Shown here piece by piece: positions 27,352-37,100 of a stretch of DNA of 64,000 nucleotides; the stretch's first letter is position 1, and every line of letters begins with the position of its first letter. Under the pieces are notes generated by a model. The model did no database searches, had not been told where the DNA came from, and was given only the letters and a program-made list of their open reading frames with translations. Both the position numbers and the translations under genes were made by a program. The DNA is from a virus (taxonomy: Duplodnaviria > Caudoviricetes). The DNA is taken from positions 5,287 to 69,286 of the IMG/VR virus record IMGVR_UViG_3300005512_000020; one strand, written 5' to 3'.

Positions 27352-27656
27352 TGGACCTGCACAAAAATTGTTTTTTTACCAATCAAACAGCCAACGCCAC
27401 CAGCGCAGTGGTCAAATCAATGGGCGGCATGCGTCAGGTTATCGTGTTTGGTAATCTTGACGGCGGTACGCTAACGATTGAGGGGAGTCAAGACGGAACT
27501 AATTGGTTCCCGATTAAAGCGATATCAGCGATAGGGCATTACTCTGTCCCTTTCTCAATCGGCAGCATACGAGCCAAGATTGCAGGAGGTGGAGCAAGTC
27601 TTGACGCCACGGTGTCCGCGTATGAAGACCCTGATGTGATGGTGGTTTATCCGTAA
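27351..27656 (+). CDS. Small virion-associated hypothetical protein
   Basis: GNLDGGTLTIEGSQDGTNWFPI motif. Coupled start. Confidence 0.65.
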   Translation: MDLHKNCFFTNQTANATSAVVKSMGGMRQVIVFGNLDGGTLTIEGSQDGTNWFPIKAISAIGHYSVPFSIGSIRAKIAGGGASLDATVSAYEDPDVMVVYP

Positions 27657-27859
27657 TGACGCTGGAGCGTAAACAATCCGCAAAAACAGGTGACTCCCCA
27701 GGTGGGATACCTGAAACGCTACCGGAGCTTGATATTTACGGAGACACCCCAGGGTCTAAGGCGTTAGCAGATTACAAGCTGAAGCTGGATGTTTGGTGGC
27801 GAGACACCAGGGCATCGATTGAGCGGGAACTGAAAGATTTACGAGATGGCAACACTTGA
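27656..27859 (+). CDS. Hypothetical protein
   Basis: 67 aa, coupled on both sides. Confidence 0.55.
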   Translation: MTLERKQSAKTGDSPGGIPETLPELDIYGDTPGSKALADYKLKLDVWWRDTRASIERELKDLRDGNT

Positions 27860-28970
27860 TTTGGACATTGTAAAACGGCTCGATAAAGGGTCACCGCTTA
27901 CGGCGCAGGAGATGGATAATAATCTGTGCCAGCTTTACGATGCCTGGAATGCGCTTATTGAGTTAGTGACATCGGTTATCGGTGTTGACGGAAAGCTTGC
28001 AGCATGTTCCGTAGTCACTGATTCTTTATGTGACAGGGTGGTGACTCAGGCCAAACGTGCTTGGGGATCGGATTTCGTGGCAGACGACACAGGTGTTGCG
28101 GATGCGGTTGCAATCAGCTTCACGCCAACCATCGCAGCATACTCCACAAAGGTTCTGGTTGCTGCCAAGATCAAAGAGACCAACACAGGCGCAGCAACTC
28201 TTAACATTGACGGCATTGGCGCGAAGACCATCAAGAAGCACGGCACAGAAGCCCTAGAAGCTGGCGATCTGGTTGCTGGTAAAGTATCACTGTTCGCATA
28301 TGACGGCACAAATTTTCAGCTACTCAACCCGACGAAGTTCAACGTCACCGTCACGGCTCCGACGACCACCAAGCTGCTCAAGGTAACTGATCCGTTCATC
28401 ATCCAGCACACACCTCCCACCGCGATTCTTACAGGAACAGATGTCCTGATTGACCACGTCAGTGAGTCAACGAACCTTGTGACACCGACCTACGCAACGG
28501 GATGGTCAACTACTGAGTTTAACAATGCATACGGTGAGGATTGGTTTGCAAGAGGGACAGGTGGCGTATTGACGAGAAGCTTTCACGGTCATGTTGACTA
28601 TGATTTTACGGTCAGCGATTTCACGAAGATGCTTTCATCGGTTGCGTCCATCGGTGAGGTTGAATCAGTTCGCGCAACCGTGAAACTACGTGGTTATTCG
28701 TCTGGTGGCACAACGGTAAACGGTCTGTTTTCAGGGTTCTTTTATGAAGACGTTGACTCAAATCTGTTCATCCCCGTTTCTGCCAGAGACTACCAAAGCA
28801 CATCGGTCAGGGACACCATAGACATTGGGGTGTTTGATATCCCTGTTGATGGTGCGCTGAAACTAAGGGCAATGTTAATAGATGACCACGCACTAAACAG
28901 TTCTTCAGGGGGTATCGTGCGCCATTCACGCATGGAGCTGAAGATAACACATTTACTTTTAAGGCAATAA
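27846..28970 (+). CDS. Tail fibre protein
   Basis: KRLDKGSPLTAQEMDNN N-terminus. NTGAATLNIDGIGAKTIKKHGTEALEAGDL...YDGTNFQLL fibre module. Confidence 0.72.
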   Translation: MATLDLDIVKRLDKGSPLTAQEMDNNLCQLYDAWNALIELVTSVIGVDGKLAACSVVTDSLCDRVVTQAKRAWGSDFVADDTGVADAVAISFTPTIAAYSTKVLVAAKIKETNTGAATLNIDGIGAKTIKKHGTEALEAGDLVAGKVSLFAYDGTNFQLLNPTKFNVTVTAPTTTKLLKVTDPFIIQHTPPTAILTGTDVLIDHVSESTNLVTPTYATGWSTTEFNNAYGEDWFARGTGGVLTRSFHGHVDYDFTVSDFTKMLSSVASIGEVESVRATVKLRGYSSGGTTVNGLFSGFFYEDVDSNLFIPVSARDYQSTSVRDTIDIGVFDIPVDGALKLRAMLIDDHALNSSSGGIVRHSRMELKITHLLLRQ

Positions 28971-28974
28971 CGAT

Positions 28975-29958
28975 ATGCCAATAGGATTAGGAGCAGCAAC
29001 ATTAGGCGCTGGAGCACTTGGGTTAGCAGGTAGTTTGTTTGGTTCAAGTTCAGCCCAAAAAGCAGCCAAAGCACAAGCAGCGGCTCAGCTTGAAATCAAC
29101 AAACAGCAACTTGACTTCGCTCGGGAACTGCGAGGTGAGGGTGGTAGCCCCGTGTTCTTGCCGACCTATTCAGGTGATCGTGAGACTGAGCTGTTTGATG
29201 TAGCTGACACCTTGTTTGATAGCGCGGCACCAGGAGAAGGCAGAAGCGACGAGGTTGCGGCTACAGTCAGTCCGTTCCTGGCAGATTTCCAGGCAACACT
29301 TGGAGGTGTTCGTAGTGGTGAGCGCACTAATCGACTATTACAGAACAACGCGCCAGTCCGGTCAGCGAGGTCATCCGCAGCGTCGGCACGCCTTGACGCA
29401 ATCAATCAAGCCCTGGATGAAACTTTGGCACAGATCAATGCTTCTGAATCCAAGAAAGGATTTTCTGGAGGCGGTTCGTTCCGAAACAATCGCGCACTGC
29501 AATCCACGCTTGGAGCGCGTCAGGATGCAGCTCAGGCAACATCAGCGGCGAACCTGGCCAACGCGACCGATGAGGCGAACATCAGGAACCAGCAGGAAGA
29601 ACTCGCATTACAGCTCGGGTTACAGGCTCCAGAGCTTGCAAGGTCTGTGATTGGATTGCAGAACGCGCCTAACACAATACCCATCCAGGAATACCTGGAC
29701 GCTTTACAGGTGTTCGCCCCGTTCAACACGAGCCAGAACAATAATGCTGCGGCTTCATTAGTGGGCGGTCTTCGTGCTCCGCAGTTTACCCCTGTGTCAC
29801 CCGCAGGAAACGCGCTTGGTTTCCTTTCAGGGTTCGGCTCTCAAGCTATCGCGGCACAGCAACAGCAGCAAATACTTGACCAGATACTCAGCCAACCGCA
29901 GACCCAGGCACCCCTGAATTCTGGATTCTTCGGGGATCAGTATCAACCTATCGTGTAA
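28975..29958 (+). CDS. Ejection (pilot) protein, P22 gp7-like
   Basis: Gly/Ala N-terminus GAATLGAGALGLAGSLFGSSSAQKAAKAQ, Gln/Ala-rich. Confidence 0.68.
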   Translation: MPIGLGAATLGAGALGLAGSLFGSSSAQKAAKAQAAAQLEINKQQLDFARELRGEGGSPVFLPTYSGDRETELFDVADTLFDSAAPGEGRSDEVAATVSPFLADFQATLGGVRSGERTNRLLQNNAPVRSARSSAASARLDAINQALDETLAQINASESKKGFSGGGSFRNNRALQSTLGARQDAAQATSAANLANATDEANIRNQQEELALQLGLQAPELARSVIGLQNAPNTIPIQEYLDALQVFAPFNTSQNNNAAASLVGGLRAPQFTPVSPAGNALGFLSGFGSQAIAAQQQQQILDQILSQPQTQAPLNSGFFGDQYQPIV

Positions 29959-29960
29959 TC

Positions 29961-31154
29961 ATGGCAGCAAACGACTTTCAGACAGGAATGCAATCAGGGG
30001 CGGCTTTGTTCGCTCCTATCGCACAAGCGCAGGCTCAGGCAAATGAGTTGCGCCTTGCCCAACAGCAGCAGATTGCCAACCGCCTGTTTGCCCAACAGCA
30101 GCTTGAACAGCAGTTAAACGCTCGCCAGTCGATCAGTAACAACGAGCTTGCGGCACGCGAGAAACTCCAGAAGGCACAACAGTTATTTGCAGCCAAGCAA
30201 GCAGCTGATTCATTGGCAGCTCAAGCAGCAGAAGCAGAGCGGCAGCGTGACTTCACTTTCACCAGAGACCAAGAGAGAAGCGATGAAGCTTTCCGCTTGC
30301 AGCAAGATCAGATGGATCAGAACACGGAAGTCGCCGGAGCGGTTTTCAGCAGGTTGAACGACACGACCAACCAGCTCCGTGAAAAGCTGACCATCACTGA
30401 CGCTGAACGCGAGGCCGCTTTAGCTAATGCCATCCAGCTTACAGGGGATGACGCTAAGCGGACCAGGGGCGAGGACTTTGCGGCGTTCTTTACTCGCGTA
30501 TCAAACGATAACCCCGAGATTGCCGCACAGTTCCAGATTGAGTTGCAGGGAATACAGCAACAGAAGATCGCAGATCCAGAAGTGCTGGCGTTACAGGCTC
30601 AAGGCAGGACACTTGGTAACATCTTTGAGAATGTAACAAGAGGTGGAGGTTTTGATCCCTCGTTCCTGTTCACCCAGCAACCGGACGGACAGGCTGCATC
30701 TGATCCAAACGATCCGCTTGCATTCGCAGATTCCCTTAACGCATTGATCAGTCAAGGACAGCAAGCACCCGCTCAACAAGAGGGGGTTGTGGTCCCTGGT
30801 TCTGCGGGTATTCTTGGTGGAGCATTGGGCGCAGCGCGTTCTGTTACTGAACCATTAACCCGGTCCCAGGCTCCAAGCCTTGATTTGGGATCGTTGCTCT
30901 TTGGCGGTAACGCAATCACTGATGATGACGTGGAGCCTCTGCGGTCGTTTGCTGTTCAGAACGAAGGCATGACCGATCAGCAGTTCCAGAATTTAGTAAA
31001 CTCCGCACCTATTGACTCCGATGCATCAAGGGCAATTAGAGAGTTGAATCAGAAGCGGATACTGAGTGAGCGGCTCCAGGCTCGACCGACTCAATCAAAC
31101 ATCCTTGGAGTTGACACGAAAATCCCGATCGAGCCTGGTCCTACATTCAGGTAA
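29961..31154 (+). CDS. Ejection protein, gp20-like
   Basis: Gln/Ala-rich coiled coil between the pilot and large ejection genes. Confidence 0.6.
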   Translation: MAANDFQTGMQSGAALFAPIAQAQAQANELRLAQQQQIANRLFAQQQLEQQLNARQSISNNELAAREKLQKAQQLFAAKQAADSLAAQAAEAERQRDFTFTRDQERSDEAFRLQQDQMDQNTEVAGAVFSRLNDTTNQLREKLTITDAEREAALANAIQLTGDDAKRTRGEDFAAFFTRVSNDNPEIAAQFQIELQGIQQQKIADPEVLALQAQGRTLGNIFENVTRGGGFDPSFLFTQQPDGQAASDPNDPLAFADSLNALISQGQQAPAQQEGVVVPGSAGILGGALGAARSVTEPLTRSQAPSLDLGSLLFGGNAITDDDVEPLRSFAVQNEGMTDQQFQNLVNSAPIDSDASRAIRELNQKRILSERLQARPTQSNILGVDTKIPIEPGPTFR

Positions 31155-31157
31155 TCG

Positions 31158-34100
31158 ATGAGCAACACGGCAGTCAAATGGTTCAGGCAGGTTTCACCAA
31201 ACGCAACGCTGACCGATGAGCAGATAACGCTCAAGGTCTATGATCTGGCGCGATCCGGTGATCAGCGTTTCCAGATCTTTGACCAAGATCCAGTATTCAC
31301 AGGGCTGGCGCAATCACTCGACAAAGAGCGGAGACTTGCATCTGCTCCGGGCATACTTGGTGAGGCAACTCAAACCCTCAAGTCCGGCATTGATTCCACT
31401 CAAGCACGTTTCTTCGACACCATAGGCATGCTGGGTGCCGCGACTGGGCTGGATTCCGTTAAGGATTTCGGACTTCGTAAAGCAGAAGAGAACCTCCAGG
31501 AAGCAGCACAGAATGCTCCGACACTCCCTGATTTCTCGGAGGTTGAAAACATTGGGGAGGGTATCCGGTTCCTGGTTGGTCTTGCCGGGTCACAAGCCCC
31601 ACAGCTTGCGGCGGTCCTTGGGGGGGCGGCAGCAGGTTTGGCCACACTTCCAGCGGCAGGGTTAAGCCTTGGCGCAAGTGCGGCCATTGGTGGCGGAGCA
31701 ACAGCTTTCACGCAGACTCAGAACTTCGGTGACCTGGTTCGCCAAGGTGTCCCAGAGGAGGAGGCGGTAAGCATCGGTTTCGGAACAGGTGTGGTATCAG
31801 CGGCTCTTGAGTCTCTTGTGCCAGCGGTAGCGATCACCCCGCTGTTTAAGGCAGCAGGTCAGCAAGCAGGTAAGACTTTAACCAAGAGCATTCTCGACAG
31901 GTTGCCGGAGAGCCGGAAGGTTGCTGTCCTTCGTAACGCCGCCAAGAACGCAGGAGTGGATGGTGTTGCGGAATCGGCAACTGAAATGGCGCAGGAGGCA
32001 GTAACTATTGCCTCGGAGATTTATGCTCAACGAAACAATCCAGACTTTGAGATCAGCGATGATGACATTCAGCGTCGTATCCTTAATGCTGGCGTGGCTG
32101 GCGGTATTCTGGGGACTGGCTTGGGCGGTGTCACTGGTGCTGTCACTGCTCCTGCTTCTCGCGGGAGCGATGTCGATGCTGACACGCAACCCGATACACC
32201 TGAAGCGAACGACATCCCTGAAGCAACCGAACCGCAGGACGTTGTTTTCGGCCAAGCAGAGGTAGCAGCACAACGACCAATTGAGTCTCTGCCTGAAGAT
32301 CCGGTTGCAGATCCATCCTTTCCTCCGGCGGTCACACCGGAGCAGCAACAGAATCAATCTATCATTGAGGCGATTCAGGTGAGGCAATCGCAGGAACCTC
32401 AAACCCAGGCTGGTCCGTTGGCAACTCAGGCTGACGTGGCTCCGCTTGAGCGGCAGATCGAGGAGTCGATAAGCGAACTTGAACAAGCCCTTCAGTCCCA
32501 GGATGCTGATGCGTTCACGGCAGCTGAGCCTAAGTTCCGCCAGGTGTATCGCCTTGCTGAGCAATCCGGTATCGCTGGACAATTACAGCAGCAGCTTACG
32601 GCGGTGCTTTTGCGTAACAGGCAGAACCTTGATATCATCACGGCAGCGTTGCGTGATCGTTCAGAAACACAACCTCAAACTTCTGACGAGACAACACCTC
32701 AAGTCCTTGCTGCTCCAGAAGATGTCATTGAGCCAGAGATCGTTGAAGGCGAACTCGCTACTGTTACACAGGACACTCAGGATAATCAAATCGCCACTCG
32801 ACCACAGGAGCCCGAGGTCAGCGAGGTGCTGAACTGGCTGGATGATGAGTCGTCACCAGTGGTTGAGGACACGCAGGAAACGGACAAGATCATTGCTCGA
32901 CAGCCTTTTGTTCTTGAGATCGACGAGACCACCAGCGAGGAAGTTGTTGGGGATGGAGCACGAAAAGGCAAAGGAACAAACAACATTACCCGCAAGTATG
33001 TGTTCTTTGAGGATGCAGTTGACCCTGATGCCAGGGTGGTGGGGCTTCCTGTTTACAAGCTGAACGGTCAATTGGTTGTGGCCAGACCAGACTTCATGCC
33101 TGACCTGAAGGTTGACGGAACGCCAAGAGCAAAACCAAGACCCGTTCCGTATTCCCAACTCATCGAGGATGGTAGGCTCGCCCCGATCTATGCTGTGCGC
33201 CTTAAGCCGGAGAACGCGGTTAAGGGTAACGATCCGAATGCGGCGATCTACTTTGCCGACACAACGGATCTTGAGAATCGGCTGATTAATCCTGCTCAAG
33301 AGATCCTGGCGCGTGTCCGTGAGTCTGCGGGAACCACCCAATCATCATCCATGGATCTGGATGAAGGAACGGGTAACAGTGCTGGCGGCAATCAGGTGGG
33401 GCTTGATGCAATTGGAGATACTGTTGCTGGGGATAGCTTTGATTTCGAGTCGGCAGAAGGCGGTGACCTTAACTTGTTCGCTAACACTCTGCTTGAGATA
33501 GCTGGAACATCGTTGCCGACTGAACAGCAGTTGATAGATGCATTCCGCTCTGCGGTTCAAGACGCCCGAAATCATCCGGTTGTGGAAAGATTTCTGGTGG
33601 GATTCCTGGAATCCACGGGGCTTGCAAAGGATAAAACATTCTGGCAGAAAACAAAATATGAGCAACTCGACGAAATCACATTCAAGGCCACTCCAGCAGT
33701 TCTCGCAATCAGAGATAGAAACGCTGAGCAACTTGCTGGACCGCGCCAAGGATCAGCTACGCAAGAAGGGCTACCCGATACCGGAGGACAGCAATACTTC
33801 TCCATCCGAGAAGGACAAGGCTACATCGGAAACCAACCGGAAGCCTTAAGGGGCAAGTTCTTTTCCGTCCTTGAAAGCCTTCAGGGTGCTGGTATAGCTG
33901 TATCCCTGGACACAGCTATTGAGCAGGAGTTCGGTCAGACAACTCCAGCAAAAAGCTCCATCACGCTTGCGCTGAACGATTCACAGCACCCGACACTGGA
34001 CAACTTCCGGTTACTACTCCATGAAGCGGCTCACATTGTTGCTGCGTCCCTACCAAAACCCGTCTATGATGCGGTTCAGCGAGCGGTTACGCGATACGCA

Positions 34101-37100
34101 AGGGAGAAGCTTAATCTTCTAAGCGATTCAGCGGACCCCCGCATACGAGAGGAGAACCCTGATAACCTGGATGCTCAAACATTGGCTGAGGAAATCTTTG
34201 CCGAGACACTGGCTCAGGAGTTTGGGGATGCGAACATCAGCCAGACACTTGCCAGCCGAGTCTTCCGTGTTCTGAAAGATATTTACTTCAGGGTTGCCAT
34301 GGTGGGTCAGCGATTACTTGGTCGCCAGCCCAATCCTGAGCTTGCCGATGCATACGCACGCAACCGGTTTGAGCAGCTTGTTGGCGGTGATGCTGACAGC
34401 CTGATAAGCTTCCTGGTTCCTAACTTTGATCCGCGTCAAGACATTGATTATGTGGATCGATTCTCTGTTCGCGCTCAGCAAACATCAGTGACCAAGGCGC
34501 ACATGGATATTGCTGGCCACAATGAGGAGGCTAAGGTTCAGAACTTGATTGCGACGGACCTTGAGAAGAATCCGGTTGTCCTTGAGGAAGCGCAACGCAC
34601 TGGCACTACTCCGAAGCAAGCTGTCTTAGGCATGCTTGGGCTCAGGGATAGCGAAGAGATAGCTCAAACGATTGCGTCAGGCATTGACCCAACTACAGGT
34701 CAGCCACTTGAAGCGGACCCAAGCTTCACGATGAACACTTTCAAGGGGCAGGATCTCCGTCACCGCGCCTTGAGGGATTACCGTGTCAGGCTCCAGAAAT
34801 CCGTCAACAAAATCACGAACAAGCTGTCATCTGCGATTGCGAGAAAAACAGAAGCTCAGACCAAGCTTGAGAAGATATCCGTCGAACTGAACGACAAGCA
34901 TGAGGCGTGGCTGGATCGATCACAGTTCAGCAAGTTCTTCGCTCAGACCATGCGCGGTATGATGAAGAAGACGCTTGAGGACGTTGAAGGAACCAGCTTC
35001 CAGCTTGGCGAGGTAACTCAAGAGCTTCGCTCGATCCGTAGAGACTTGTCCAAGGAGAACCTGATCAAGTATTACGGAACGGCATTACGCAAGCTGGCTC
35101 AATCCAAGAAGCTACCAGGTAACTTCAACATCCTGAAGTTCTTTGAGACGGTCATCACTGATCCAGACGTGAGTTTGCTGGATGATATTGACACTGTTAA
35201 GACTAATCTGAAGGAGTCAAACAATCCTGCGTATGCTGCTTTGATTGGGGATACGCCCGAGTCTGACGCGTTGCTGGCATCGATGATTGCCTACGCCAGG
35301 AAGGATGACGTTGTCATGCTTAACCTGGAGCTTGCCAAGATGGATTCGGTTGCTGATCGGCACGCGATCCACAAACGCCTTGGCGAACTGCTCAAAGATG
35401 CTCAAGGAGATTTCAAGGAAAGCTTACTCAAGCTCAAAGAGAATGTCAGGATGGAGGCAGCTGCTCGGATTATCTACAATCGAGCAAGAAAGAAGCGTGA
35501 TCAATACAGGGCATCCATCAATAAAGCCAATAAGACCATCTCGGTTGCGGAGCCAGCCATCAAGCATTATACAGCGGAGGAGAACAGGCTTTCCGGTGAG
35601 TTGGGTATTCATGTCCAGTTTGTCTGGCACGATGGAGCGACTTATATTGTGCCTCCCGATGCATCAGCTTCATCTGATGATGTTCGCGCAAATCGTAAAT
35701 CATTAACGTTAAGCGGTGACAATAACCCAACCAAGCCATCGGAGTTGAATGACCATCTCGGACTAATGGTGGCGTGGCTTGAGAACCGGAAGGCTGACAG
35801 TAACTTTGATCAAACATACCATGACGTAGCGCATCAGGTTCAAGAGTTAATGAAAGGCGTAATCCAGCGCGAGACAGACAAGCCATCAGCATTACAGTGG
35901 GTGTGGCAAACCAGATGGATCAGCATTCCTGATATTGTAAAACGATTTGGCTCCAACAATGCCAACGCGATTGGTCAAATGATCAAGGGGTTTGTGGCTG
36001 AGCACGGAGCGATCCACAAGAAAACCCATAAGCTTCAACGTGATATTGATAGGCAATACGCAGATGTCATAAAGCTGTTCAAGGGCTCAAAAATCAAAGT
36101 GGATCTGGATGCTTTCACGGCACAGTTCTACAATCCAGCCGTTGAGTTCCTGTCAAAGCAGGATGATATCAATGACATGGACGTGTCGGAGGACCAGGCA
36201 TGGAGCGTTGCGATGGGGCGACTGAAGGATCATATGGATCAAGTTGTTGGGCTGAAGCTGCCAAGCCAGCGTGATAATTTCTACGCGGCATTCTCCAAGC
36301 TGCTCCGATCCATGCGTGACCTGAATGATTTATGGGTCAACGAAATTGATGAATCAGGGCAGGGGGGAGTTATCGACGACGAGATCCAGATCATGAACGC
36401 TTCCGGCATGAAGGTTCCAGCTGTCCGATCACGTATTCGCAGGGGGGTAATGACTGTGCCTCGGCGCATCAGCGATGATGCTCTGTCCCTGTTCCGCATT
36501 ATGTCAGACGGCAGCACATCGATTCCTTGGCAGACATTCAGCGCGAAAGCCGCAGAAGCCAAGAATGCCTATGATGAAGGTGGATCCGAAGCGGCATGGG
36601 AAGTCATCGGCGGCGCGTTTGATAACAACGTGGTTCAGCGCATGTTTGTTGAGCCTATATTCTCATCGGAATCTGAGGCAAACATCCTCCCGTCACCAGG
36701 CCCAGGCTACACTGCGCCACTCATTGACGTGGTTCAGAATGCCCACACTGAGTCTGGCGGTAATATCATTGCGGCACTTGAGAAGATTGCCATCGAGCAT
36801 GAAGCAGACCCATCTGTTTACATTCAGGAAAGCTTAACCGCTATGAGTAAGCTGTATCGCCAGCTTCGCAGTGCTCTCAAAGAGTCTCGACCCGACGATA
36901 TTAAGGCATACATCAAGGAGGGTGAAGTCGATGAGGGCTCCATTCAAGGCGGTGGGTATTGGTCGCAATTGGTGCCTGGCATCATGTTGAACGCCCGTAA
37001 GATTGATCACTGGCCAAGCTCATGGTTCAAGAACACTTACCTGGACGACCATACGATTGCTGGAATCAATGCACGTGTGGCAGCACAAAAGACTTTCGGG

